The position numbers were made by a program, and so were the translations under genes. From NCBI GenBank assembly GCA_965221125.1, contig CBDCRW010000004.1, positions 736,001 to 800,000 of the forward strand: a stretch of DNA of 64,000 bases. The letters run 5' to 3'. Position 1 is the first letter of the stretch; every line of letters begins with the position of its first letter. This stretch comes from Alphaproteobacteria bacterium. Lineage in GTDB: Bacteria; Pseudomonadota; Alphaproteobacteria; UBA828. The notes below the pieces were generated by a model. The model was not told the DNA's origin, ran no database searches, and saw only the letters and a list, made by a program, of their open reading frames with translations. Positions 39,108 through 48,318 of this stretch are shown here, piece by piece.

Positions 39108-39328
39108 CTTCAAGAACCGCTCCTGACCCGGCGCCGGCCTCCCCTGCGGACCGGTTGCCCCGGTGGGCCAACAGGAACCCCCCACGCGGCTTCGCTTCGC
39201 GTAGCGGGAGGCGCTACACGAAGCCGCGCGGGTCCCCCCTATTGACTACCGGGACAACCTCCGCTGTGCCTCTCAGGGGGGTCAATTTTGCACGCCGATA
39301 GGGGGTCAATCTTCAAAGCCGATTGACA
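39108..39328 (+). mobile_element. IS21-family right-end remnant
   Basis: istB-like last codons FKNRS*, then tandem GGGGGTCAAT repeats ending GCCGATTGACA. Confidence 0.7.
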
Positions 39329-39609
39329 CCGCGGCCAACGACAACGGCGACGACCTCGGCCGCCGACGCATGGAGGTGCGGTTCGGATACGGCTTCGCGA
39401 TGTTGGGCGGGCGGTTCACCGGTACGCCTGAGGTCGCGCTCGGCCTGTCGGACACGAGCCGCGACTACGGCCTGGGCTGGCGGTTCGTCCGCGAGGGTTC
39501 GGGGCCGGGCTCACTCGAACTGTCGCTCGAGGCGCGCCGGCGGGAGAGCGTCAATGACGACCTCCCTCCCGAGCACGGCATCGGGGTCAGGCTGACCGCG
39601 CAGTTCTGA
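39329..39609 (+). pseudogene. C-terminal fragment of an autotransporter-like outer-membrane beta-barrel
   Basis: Amphipathic strands ending HGIGVRLTAQF (terminal Phe); begins at the IS end. Confidence 0.6.
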
Positions 39610-39619
39610 TGGCGGTGGC

Positions 39620-40318
39620 TCAGCCGTCCAGGAGGCCCAGTGCGCGGGCGAGCGGCGGTGCGGCGCGCCAGGGCGCGGGGCCGGCGGGAAGACGGGGTAC
39701 GACCCTGATGGGCAGCGGCCCGGCGTGCCGCGCGATGGTCGCGGCGGTCTCGGCGGGCGGCACCGGGCTTTCCGGGGATTCGCTGATGACGAGGCCGGCG
39801 ACGGGGACGCCGCGCCCGCGGATGGCCGCGAGCGTGGTCAGCGTGTGGCTGATGGTGCCGAGGTAGCTGCCCGCCACCACCAGCGCGGGCGCGCCGAGCG
39901 CGGCGATCCAGTCGAGCACGGTGTGCTCGTCGTCGAGCGGCACCATGGCGCCGCCGATGCCCTCGATCAGCAGCGGGTCGCCCGCGGCGGCGCGGCACCA
40001 TGCGACGATCTCGGCGAGGTCGAGGCGGCGCCCCTCGCGGGCCGCTGCCATGTCGGGCGAGAGGGGCGCGGCGAAGCGCCAGGGCGCGATGGCGGCGACC
40101 GCGTCGGCGCTCACCGCCTCGGCGGTCACCGCCTCGCCGAGGCTCGCGAGCAGCACGCCGGGGTCGCTCTCCGCCAGCGTCGCCGGATCGTAGCCGCTCA
40201 GCACCGGCTTGAGCGCGCGCACCGGCCGCCCGGTTGCGCGAAGCTCGTGGCAAAGCGCCGCGGTGACGAGGGTCTTGCCGATCTCGGTGCCCGTGGCGGT
40301 GACGAAGAGCGTGCTCAC
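39620..40318 (-). CDS. bioD: Dethiobiotin synthase
   Basis: FVTATGTEIGKT, LKPVLSG, IEGIGG, YLGTISHT. Confidence 0.93.
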   Translation of the reverse strand: MSTLFVTATGTEIGKTLVTAALCHELRATGRPVRALKPVLSGYDPATLAESDPGVLLASLGEAVTAEAVSADAVAAIAPWRFAAPLSPDMAAAREGRRLDLAEIVAWCRAAAGDPLLIEGIGGAMVPLDDEHTVLDWIAALGAPALVVAGSYLGTISHTLTTLAAIRGRGVPVAGLVISESPESPVPPAETAATIARHAGPLPIRVVPRLPAGPAPWRAAPPLARALGLLDG

Positions 40319-41478
40319 CGCGCGGCTCGGTCGAGGATACGTTCGCGCACGATGTCCGCCAGCCGCGCGATGTCGGCATCGTCGTGACCGGCGCTGAAGG
40401 TGAGGCGGAGCCGCGCCGTGCCTTGCGGCACCGTCGGCGGGCGGATCGCGGTGACGAGGAAGCCCTCGTCCTCCAGCAGCGTCGACACCGCCAGCGCGCG
40501 CTCCGGCGCGCCGAGCAGGATCGGCACGATACAGCTTTCCGGCGCCGGCAGGTTGAGCCGGGCGCAGAAGAGCGCGGCCTTGCGGAGCGGCGCCGCGACC
40601 AGGTCGGGATCGTTCGCGATCAGGTCGAGGGCAGCGATGCTGGCGGCGACGGCGCCGGGCGGCAGGCCAGTGGAGTAGATGAAGGGGCGCGCCCGCGTGC
40701 GGATCAGGTCGATCACCGGCTGCGCCGCGCAGAGATAGCCGCCGTAGCTGCCGACCGCCTTCGACAGCGTGCCCATCTGCAGCGGCACCTCGGTCTTGGC
40801 GCCGCCCAAAAAACTCGAGCCGCGCCCGCCGCCGACCACGCCGATCCCGTGGGCGTCGTCGGTCATCAGCCACGTGTCGTGGGTTTCCGCGATTTCGGCA
40901 AGCGCCGCCACCGGCGCGAGGTCGCCGTCCATGCTGAACACGCCGTCGGTCAGCAGCAGCGCGCGCTCGTGGTCGGCGCGGTGGGCGGTCAACAGCTCCT
41001 CCACGTGGTCGAGGTCGTTGTGGCGGAAGATGTCGACGCGCGCGCGGGAGAGGGCGGCGCCCGCGCGGAGGCAGGCGTGGCTCAGCTCGTCGGCCACGAT
41101 CAGGTCGCCCGTGCCGACGAGGCTCGGGACGATGCCCAGGTTGGCGAGGTAGCCCGAGCCGAAGACGCAGGCGTCGTCCGTGCCCTTGAGCCGCGCGAGG
41201 CGGCCTTCAAGCTCGGCGAAGAGGGGATGGTTGCCGGTGACCAGGCGCGACGCGCCGGCGCCGGCGCCCCACCGCTCCGTGGCCTCGACCGCCGCCCGCT
41301 TGACCGCCGGGTGCTGCGACAGGTTGAGGTAGTCGTTGCTGCAGAAGGAGATCAGCGGGCGCCCGTTGCGCTTCACCCGGACGGGGCCGATCGGCGCGGT
41401 CTCGTGCACGGTGCGGCGCAGTTGCCGCTCCGTGAGCGCGGAAAGCTTCGCCTCGGCGAAACGTTCGAGCGTGTCCAT
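40315..41478 (-). CDS. bioF: 8-amino-7-oxononanoate synthase
   Basis: SNDYL, FSMDGD, DDAH, TLSKA, AIRPPTVP. Confidence 0.93.
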   Translation of the reverse strand: MDTLERFAEAKLSALTERQLRRTVHETAPIGPVRVKRNGRPLISFCSNDYLNLSQHPAVKRAAVEATERWGAGAGASRLVTGNHPLFAELEGRLARLKGTDDACVFGSGYLANLGIVPSLVGTGDLIVADELSHACLRAGAALSRARVDIFRHNDLDHVEELLTAHRADHERALLLTDGVFSMDGDLAPVAALAEIAETHDTWLMTDDAHGIGVVGGGRGSSFLGGAKTEVPLQMGTLSKAVGSYGGYLCAAQPVIDLIRTRARPFIYSTGLPPGAVAASIAALDLIANDPDLVAAPLRKAALFCARLNLPAPESCIVPILLGAPERALAVSTLLEDEGFLVTAIRPPTVPQGTARLRLTFSAGHDDADIARLADIVRERILDRAAR

Positions 41479-41522
41479 GCGCCGCGTCCCCGCGCCGGTG
41501 CCCGCGGCCGCGCCCGTGCCGG

Positions 41523-42935
41523 CTAGAGTTCCCCTTCGCGGCGCAGCATGCGGATGGTCTCACGCAGCGCGTCGGCGGTGACCGCGAGGTCGTCCGCCGT
41601 GTTGGCGGCGGACGTCATGCCGCCGGGCCAGCCCTGGATGTCCACCCCGTTCACCAGCAGGCCGAGGCGGATCTTGTTCACCAGCGCCGGCGGGCGATCC
41701 TTGAGCTCCGCATAGTCGATGGTAAGCGGATCGAAGGTGGACGGCGTGATCGCGCGCCCGCGCGGGTTCATGAAGAGGTGGAAGGACGAGAACGTGCCGT
41801 AGACCGACCAGGGCACGCCTTCCTCCTCCAGCACCGCGTTGAGGCCGGCCCGAAGCGCCGCGCCGAAGGCGGACGCCCGCTCGCAGGCGTCCGAATCCCG
41901 CACGATGGTGAGCGCGGCCGTGCCGGCGGCGGCGGAGACGGGGTTCGCGTTGAAGGTGCCGGGATGGAAGATCTTCTCGCGGCCGCTCTCCCTGGTCGCG
42001 AAGAAGTCGAGGTCGTCGAGAATGTCCCTGCGCCCGGCCACCGCGCCGCCGGGCAGCCCGCCGGCAACGATCTTGGCGTGGGTGCTCATGTCGGGCGTGA
42101 CGCCGAAGTGCCCCTGCGCGCCGCCGGGGGAGACGCGGAAGCCGGTAATCACCTCGTCGAAGATCAGGATCGCGCCGTGCTTCGCCGTCAGCTCCCGCAG
42201 GAAGCCCAAAAACTCGAAGGCGTGGGGCACGAGGCCGAAGGAGCCGCCGGTCGGCTCCAGGATCACCGCAGCGATGTCGTCGTCGGCCTCGAAGGCGGCG
42301 CGCGCGGCCTCCTCGTCGCCGGGCGGCAGCAGGATCACCTGGGCGGCGAGGTCGGGCAGCACGCCCGCCGTCGGCGCGCCGTCGAAGTGCGAGGTGTAGC
42401 CGGAGGTCATGTGGTCGTGCCAGCCGTGGAAATGGCCCTTGAAGCGCACGATCTTGTTCCTGGCCGTGTGCGAGCGAGCGAGGCGGAGCGCCATGTGCGT
42501 CGCCTCGGTGCCGGAGGACGTGAAGCGCACGCGCTCGGCGCAGGGCACAAGCTCGCGCACGATCTGCGCCCAGCGGACCTCGCGCTCGTGGTTGGCGCCG
42601 GGGTGCGTGCCGTCCGGCAGCGCCTCCTGGATGGCGGCGAGGACCTCGGGCCGGCCGTGGCCGAGCAGCAGGGCGCCGTGGCCGCCCGCGTAGTCGACGT
42701 ACTCGTTGCCGTCCCGGTCCCACTTGCGCGAACCCTCGGCCCGCGTGACGTAGATGCCGTAAGGCTCCAGGTGGCGCGCATCGTGGACGATGCCGGACGG
42801 CAGAATGTCCCTCGCCTCGGCCGCGAGCGCCGCCGACGCCGGCGTCTTCGCCCGGTAGGCCTGGATGATGCCGGAGTTGGAGGCGAGGATTTCGGCGCCC
42901 GCCCCAGCGCCCGCCTGCGTTGCCACCGTGCTCAT
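41523..42935 (-). CDS. Class III PLP aminotransferase (GSA-aminomutase-like)
   Basis: SGTEAT, FHGWHD, FDEVITGFR, AKIVAGGLP, GTFNANP. Confidence 0.85.
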   Translation of the reverse strand: MSTVATQAGAGAGAEILASNSGIIQAYRAKTPASAALAAEARDILPSGIVHDARHLEPYGIYVTRAEGSRKWDRDGNEYVDYAGGHGALLLGHGRPEVLAAIQEALPDGTHPGANHEREVRWAQIVRELVPCAERVRFTSSGTEATHMALRLARSHTARNKIVRFKGHFHGWHDHMTSGYTSHFDGAPTAGVLPDLAAQVILLPPGDEEAARAAFEADDDIAAVILEPTGGSFGLVPHAFEFLGFLRELTAKHGAILIFDEVITGFRVSPGGAQGHFGVTPDMSTHAKIVAGGLPGGAVAGRRDILDDLDFFATRESGREKIFHPGTFNANPVSAAAGTAALTIVRDSDACERASAFGAALRAGLNAVLEEEGVPWSVYGTFSSFHLFMNPRGRAITPSTFDPLTIDYAELKDRPPALVNKIRLGLLVNGVDIQGWPGGMTSAANTADDLAVTADALRETIRMLRREGEL

Positions 42936-43200
42936 CCTCCGTTCCGCTCGACGTGGGCCTCGCCCATGTCGCAGTCGATGTCGATCCCCATCGTCTCCCC
43001 CGCTGTTCCGTCGCGCGTCCGCCTCCCGCCGCCCGCGGCGCGACGAGCACGATCGTTCAACCGTAGCAGCAATGCGCTGCAATCTCGATTCCGTCGTCGG
43101 CTAACCTGCCCGGCCGCGGCCCCGGCTATGCACCGGCCCGGTTCCTTTGCGCGCCGGAACCGTGTGCTTATATGTCAAAGGAGTCGGAGCCCGAGTCGCA

Positions 43201-44013
43201 ATGAATGCGCCCGCCGATGCCGTGATCAGGGCAGGTCGTTCAGCACAACGCGCATTCGAGCGCCTGCAGGGGAATCGGGCGGCGGCAGGCATCCTCTCCT
43301 TCACCGGCCTCGTGCTCGGAACGCTGCGCGATCTCGCGCCGATCATCGCGGTGGTTGCGGTCTTCCAGGTCGCGATCCTGCGCCAGCCGTTTCCCGATCT
43401 TGGCGGCATCATCGGCGGGCTCGTGCTCGTGATGCTGGGGCTCGCGCTGTTCATCAAGGGGCTGGAGATGGGCCTCTTCCCGCTCGGCGAGGGCCTGGCG
43501 CAGGGTTTCGCGCTGAAGGGCAGCCTCGTCTGGCTCCTCGTCTTCGCCTTCGCGCTGGGATTCGGGACCACGGTCGCGGAGCCCGCGCTGATCGCGGTGA
43601 CGGACGAGGCGTCGCGCGTCGCCGCCGATGCGGGCGTGATCGCCGCCGGCGCCGACGCGATGGAGGCGTACGCGCTCGGCCTGCGCTACACGGTCGCGGT
43701 CTCGGTCGGCGTCGGCATCACGCTCGGCGTGCTGCGCATCCTCAAGGGCTGGCCGCTGCACTACTGGATCATCGGCGGCTACGTCATCGCGGTGGGCCTC
43801 ACCTTCCTGGCGCCCGACGAGATCGTCGGCATCGCCTACGACTCCGGCGGCGTCACCACGTCGACCATCACCGTGCCCATGGTGACGGCGCTCGGCGTCG
43901 GCCTCGCGGCGTCGATCCGCGGGCGCAATCCGCTGATCGACGGCTTCGGCCTCATCGCCTACGCGAGCCTCACGCCCATCATCTTCGTGCTCGTCTTCGG
44001 CATGGTGTTCTGA
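43201..44013 (+). CDS. DUF1538-family membrane protein
   Basis: [24 protein letters not shown]. Confidence 0.85.
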   Translation: MNAPADAVIRAGRSAQRAFERLQGNRAAAGILSFTGLVLGTLRDLAPIIAVVAVFQVAILRQPFPDLGGIIGGLVLVMLGLALFIKGLEMGLFPLGEGLAQGFALKGSLVWLLVFAFALGFGTTVAEPALIAVTDEASRVAADAGVIAAGADAMEAYALGLRYTVAVSVGVGITLGVLRILKGWPLHYWIIGGYVIAVGLTFLAPDEIVGIAYDSGGVTTSTITVPMVTALGVGLAASIRGRNPLIDGFGLIAYASLTPIIFVLVFGMVF

Positions 44014-44024
44014 GGGGCGGCGCC

Positions 44025-44810
44025 GTGGAACTGCTCTCCCGCATGGCCGAAGCCGGCCTCGATACGGTGCGCGACATCGTGCCGCTCATCGCCATCGTGC
44101 TGTTCTTCCAGATCGTCGTCCTGCGCCGGCGCCTGGCGAACCCCGGCCGGATCATCGTGGGCTTCGTCTATGTCACCGTCGGGCTGGTGCTGTTCCTCAT
44201 CGGGCTGGAGGAGGCGCTGTTTCCCCTGGGCAAGACGATGGCGGCGCAGCTCACCGACCCGGCCTTCCTCGGCCTCGCCGAGGGCGCGAGGGCGCACTGG
44301 CTCGACTACGGCTGGATCTACGTGTTTGCGGCGGCGATCGGCTTCGGCACGACCATCGCGGAGCCCTCGCTCATGGCCGTCGCCCGCAAGGCCGGCGACG
44401 TCTCGGGCGGGACGATCAGGCCGTGGGGCCTGCGGATCGCGGTCGCCACGGGCGTCGCTGTGGGCGTCGGGCTCGGGACCGTGCGCATCGTCACCGGGGT
44501 GCCGCTGCACTACCTGTTCATGGCTGCCTACGTGATCGTCATCGTGCTGACGATCTTCGCCTCGCGCAGCATCATCGCGCTCGCCTACGATTCCGGCGGC
44601 GTCACGTCGTCGACCGTGACCGTGCCGCTGGTGGCAGCCCTCGGCCTCGGCCTCGCCGCCAACGTGCCGGGGCGCAGCCCGCTGCTCGACGGCTTCGGCC
44701 TCATCGCGTTCGCATGCATCTTTGCCGTCATCGCGGTGCTGGGGTTCGCCCAGCTCTCGTCGGCGCTGGCCGCCCTGCGCAGGCGCCGATCATCCGGGAA
44801 AGGAACCTGA
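44025..44810 (+). CDS. DUF1538-family membrane protein (second copy)
   Basis: [24 protein letters not shown]. Confidence 0.85.
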   Translation: MELLSRMAEAGLDTVRDIVPLIAIVLFFQIVVLRRRLANPGRIIVGFVYVTVGLVLFLIGLEEALFPLGKTMAAQLTDPAFLGLAEGARAHWLDYGWIYVFAAAIGFGTTIAEPSLMAVARKAGDVSGGTIRPWGLRIAVATGVAVGVGLGTVRIVTGVPLHYLFMAAYVIVIVLTIFASRSIIALAYDSGGVTSSTVTVPLVAALGLGLAANVPGRSPLLDGFGLIAFACIFAVIAVLGFAQLSSALAALRRRRSSGKGT

Positions 44811-44813
44811 CCA

Positions 44814-45164
44814 ATGCGCTTCAAGCTGATCATGGCGCTCGTGAGCTCGGATGAGACCGAGTCCGTACTCGCCGCCGGCCGCCGCAGCGGCGCAACCGGT
44901 GCTACAATCGTCACGGGCTGCCGCGGCGAGGGGCTCGAGCCGCAGCAGACCTTTCTCGGCTTGAGGCTGACCGGCCAGCGGGACATCCTGCTGTTCCTCG
45001 TCGAGGAGCACATGAGCCGGACCGTCCTTGAGGGGATTGCCACGGCCGGGGCCTTCGAGGAGAAATCGGGGACGGGGATCGCGTTCCAGATCGCCATCGA
45101 AGACGCGGTCGGCCTTTCCCATCAGATTGCCGAGATCAAGCACGAGATCGAGGACCAGATATGA
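44814..45164 (+). CDS. P-II-like regulator
   Basis: GATGATI...GEG...GTGIAF; usual DUF1538 neighbour. Confidence 0.8.
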   Translation: MRFKLIMALVSSDETESVLAAGRRSGATGATIVTGCRGEGLEPQQTFLGLRLTGQRDILLFLVEEHMSRTVLEGIATAGAFEEKSGTGIAFQIAIEDAVGLSHQIAEIKHEIEDQI

Positions 45165-45619
45165 GCAGAAAGGCGAGCACGGCCAAGGCGGCACCGCAGG
45201 GGGAGCGGTTCAACACGGTGCGCGCCGTGATGTCGCCCATGCCGGCGCCCATCAACGGCATGGCCACGGTTCACGAGGCCCTGGTGCTGATGCGCGAGAA
45301 CAACGTGTACTCGCTCGTCGTCGAGCGCCGCCGGCCTGGCGACGAGTACGGCATGGTGGTGGTCTCCGACATCGCCAACAAGGTGATCGCGCACAACCGC
45401 TCGCCGGACCGGGTGAACGTCTACGAGATCATGTCGAAGCCGGTGCTGACCATGAGCGCCGACATGGAGATCAAGTACGCGATCCGCCTGCTCGGCCGCT
45501 TCGGACTCTCGCGCGGCGTGGTGGTCGACGGCAACGAGGCGGTGGGCTTCGTCACGCTGACCGACATGGTCTTTCGCTTCTACGAGCAGGAAGCGAGGCG
45601 GCAGGAGGCAAGCGGGTAG
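45161..45619 (+). CDS. CBS-domain protein
   Basis: Tandem CBS pattern, VYEIMSKPVL. Confidence 0.85.
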   Translation: MSRKASTAKAAPQGERFNTVRAVMSPMPAPINGMATVHEALVLMRENNVYSLVVERRRPGDEYGMVVVSDIANKVIAHNRSPDRVNVYEIMSKPVLTMSADMEIKYAIRLLGRFGLSRGVVVDGNEAVGFVTLTDMVFRFYEQEARRQEASG

Positions 45620-45629
45620 GCCGGCCGAC

Positions 45630-46433
45630 ATGGTTGCAGCGGCACAGGATTCCGGCTCGGCAAAGTCGGCGGACGCCATGCCGCGGGCGGCGCTGGTCAC
45701 CGGCGCCGCGGTGCGCATCGGCCGTGCCATCGCCGAGGCGCTGGCGCAGGACGGGTGGGCGGTCGCGGTACACCATCGCGAGTCGGGCGATGCCGCGTGC
45801 GACGTCGTCGCGGGCATCAAGGGCGCGGGCGGGCGCGCCGTGGCGCTCAGGGCCGATCTCGCCCAGGAAGCCGAGGTCGGGACCCTGGTGGCGCGCGCGA
45901 CGGAGGCGCTCGGGCCGCTCGGCTGCCTCGTCAACAACGCCTCGCCCTTCGAGAACGACGACCTGCAAACCGCCGACCGCGCGAGCTGGGACCTCCACAT
46001 GGAGGCCAATCTGCGCGCGCCCTTCGTGCTGACCCAGAAGTTCGCGGCAGCGCTGCCGGCCGACGCCGAGGGCTGCATCGTCAACATGCTCGACCAGCGG
46101 GTCCGGAACCTGACGCCGCATTTCATGTCCTACACGCTCAGCAAGGCGGCGCTCTGGACGCTGACGCAGACCGCCGCGCTCGCGCTCGCGCCGCGCATCC
46201 GGGTCAACGGCATCGGCCCCGGCCCGACGCTGCCGAGCGCCCGGCAGAGCCCGGCGCACTTCGCCGCGCAATACGAGGCCACGCCGCTGATGCGCCCCAT
46301 AGCGCCCGCCGACATCGCGGACGGCATACGCTTCATCCTTGGCGCCCGCGCGCTCACCGGGCAGATGATCGCGCTCGACAGCGGCCAGCACCTCGGCTGG
46401 GCGATGCCGCAGGGGGAGGTGATCCTGGAATGA
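45630..46433 (+). CDS. SDR oxidoreductase (pteridine-reductase-like)
   Basis: TGAAVRIG, NNAS, YTLSK; adjacent to folB. Confidence 0.85.
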   Translation: MVAAAQDSGSAKSADAMPRAALVTGAAVRIGRAIAEALAQDGWAVAVHHRESGDAACDVVAGIKGAGGRAVALRADLAQEAEVGTLVARATEALGPLGCLVNNASPFENDDLQTADRASWDLHMEANLRAPFVLTQKFAAALPADAEGCIVNMLDQRVRNLTPHFMSYTLSKAALWTLTQTAALALAPRIRVNGIGPGPTLPSARQSPAHFAAQYEATPLMRPIAPADIADGIRFILGARALTGQMIALDSGQHLGWAMPQGEVILE

Positions 46434-46819
46434 GCACGACCTCGACTCCGGGTTCGCCTGCGGCCGCGCGGCGCTGCCTGCTGATCCGCGATCTGGTGCT
46501 GCCGTGCTCCATCGGGGTTCACGAGCACGAGCGCCACGCCACCCAGCGGGTGCGGATCAACGTGCGGGTGGAGGTCACGGACGACGAGCGGCCCATCGAC
46601 GACAGCATCGCCAACGTCGTCTCCTACGAGACCATCGTCGACGGCATCCGCGCCATCGTCGCCGGCGGCCACATCAACCTGGTGGAGACCCTTGCCGACC
46701 GCATCGTCGCGCTCTGCCTCGCCAACCGTCGCGTGAGCGGCGTGCGGGTGCGGGTGGAAAAGCTCGACCTCTACCCGGATGCGGACGGGGTCGGTGTCGA
46801 GGTCGAGCAGAGCCGCTAA
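46430..46819 (+). CDS. folB: Dihydroneopterin aldolase
   Basis: IGVHEHE...Q, VSYE, LVETLA, VEK. Confidence 0.88.
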   Translation: MSTTSTPGSPAAARRCLLIRDLVLPCSIGVHEHERHATQRVRINVRVEVTDDERPIDDSIANVVSYETIVDGIRAIVAGGHINLVETLADRIVALCLANRRVSGVRVRVEKLDLYPDADGVGVEVEQSR

Positions 46820-46968
46820 CTCTCACGCAGAACCCGGCCGGCCGGCCCTTCGACATCCGCACCAAAAGCGGTACGCTCGCATCCATCCCCGGTACGGTGG
46901 GGCTGAACGGCATCCCGACGATGCTCATCCAGCACCACGAGGCGGTGCAATAGCGGGGGAACGCGCTC

Positions 46969-47823
46969 ATGAAACCTGCCCCATTCGCCTATATCAGGCC
47001 GGAAAGCCTCGAAGACGCCATCGGCGTGCTGGCCGAGCACGGGGAGGAGGCAAAAGTCCTCGCCGGCGGCCAGAGCCTGATGGCCACCCTGAACATGCGG
47101 CTCTCCGCCCCTGCGGTGCTGGTCGATATCGGCTGCGTGCCGGGTCTTGCCGGCATCGAAGAGGTTGGCGGCGGCCTTCGCATCGGTGCCATGACCCGCC
47201 ATGCGGAGGTGGAGGCCTCGGACCTCGTGCGCTCGCAGGCGCCGCTCATCGCCGGTGCCATGCCGCACATCGCCCATCCGGCGGTTCGCAATCGCGGCAC
47301 GTTCGGCGGCTCCATCGCATTGGCTGATCCGGCGGCCGAGCTCCCGGCCTGCGCGGTCGCCCTCGGCGCGCGGATGACGATTGCGGGCAACGGCGGCACG
47401 CGGACCGTGGACGCGGACGCGTTCTTCCGGGGCCTCTACGAGACCGCGCTCGAGCCGGGCGAGGTGCTGACCGCCGTAGACGTTCCGGGCATCGGCGCGG
47501 GCTGGACGTCGGGCTTCATGGAACTGGCGCGCCGCCACGGCGACTACGCGATCATCGGCCTCGCCGCCCATGTCGAGTCCGACGACGGCAGGTTCGGCCG
47601 CGGCCGCCTCGTCTTCTTCGGTGCGGGCGAGCGGCCCGTCTCCGCCGTGCGGAGCGCGGCTCTGCTCGAAGGCGAGAGATGGTCGGACGCCCTCGGCGAC
47701 CGGATCGCCGATGCGCTCAGGGAGGAGCTCGACCCGCCCGAGGACCTGAACGCGGATGCGGCGATGCGCCGGCATCTCGCCGGGGTGCTCGCCAGGCGGG
47801 TGCTGGCCCCGCTCGCGGGCTGA
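46969..47823 (+). CDS. Xanthine-dehydrogenase-family FAD subunit (CoxM-like)
   Basis: MKPAPFAY, AGGQSL, RNRGTFGGS. Confidence 0.9.
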   Translation: MKPAPFAYIRPESLEDAIGVLAEHGEEAKVLAGGQSLMATLNMRLSAPAVLVDIGCVPGLAGIEEVGGGLRIGAMTRHAEVEASDLVRSQAPLIAGAMPHIAHPAVRNRGTFGGSIALADPAAELPACAVALGARMTIAGNGGTRTVDADAFFRGLYETALEPGEVLTAVDVPGIGAGWTSGFMELARRHGDYAIIGLAAHVESDDGRFGRGRLVFFGAGERPVSAVRSAALLEGERWSDALGDRIADALREELDPPEDLNADAAMRRHLAGVLARRVLAPLAG

Positions 47824-47835
47824 GGGAGGGGAGCG

Positions 47836-48318
47836 ATGGACAGGACTGTCGAAATCGGCCTGCGGGTCAACGGCGAGCAGACGATGCGCCGCATCGAGGC
47901 GCGGATGAACCTGGTGGACTTCCTGCGCGAGGAACTCGGCCTCACCGGCAGCCACGTCGGCTGCGAGCACGGCGTGTGCGGCGCCTGTACCGTGCGGGTG
48001 GACGGGCGCATCGTGCGCGGCTGCCTCATGCTGGCCGCGCAGGCGGAGGGCGCCGACGTCTGGACCATCGAGGGGCTGAGCGACACGGGCGAGATCCGTG
48101 ACCTCCAGGAGGCGTTCGTCGCGCGCAACGCGCTCCAGTGCGGCTACTGCACCCCCGGCATGCTGCTGACCTTGGCCGAGCTGAGGGAGCGCAATCCCGC
48201 CGCGAGCCGGCAGGAGGTCCGCGCGTTCATCTCCGGGAACTACTGCCGGTGCACGGGCTACGAGGCGATCGTGGACGCGTTCGAGATGGCCCGCGCCGGC
48301 GCAGGAGGCCCGTCATGA
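47836..48318 (+). CDS. 2Fe-2S subunit (CoxS-like)
   Basis: GCEHGVCGAC, QCGYC, CRCTGY. Confidence 0.92.
   Translation: MDRTVEIGLRVNGEQTMRRIEARMNLVDFLREELGLTGSHVGCEHGVCGACTVRVDGRIVRGCLMLAAQAEGADVWTIEGLSDTGEIRDLQEAFVARNALQCGYCTPGMLLTLAELRERNPAASRQEVRAFISGNYCRCTGYEAIVDAFEMARAGAGGPS

Noticed and set aside
41778-44810. 1010-aa ORF on the + strand
   Set aside because: GC-rich shadow frame opposite the aminotransferase and overlapping the first DUF1538 gene; only 44025-44810 is credible.
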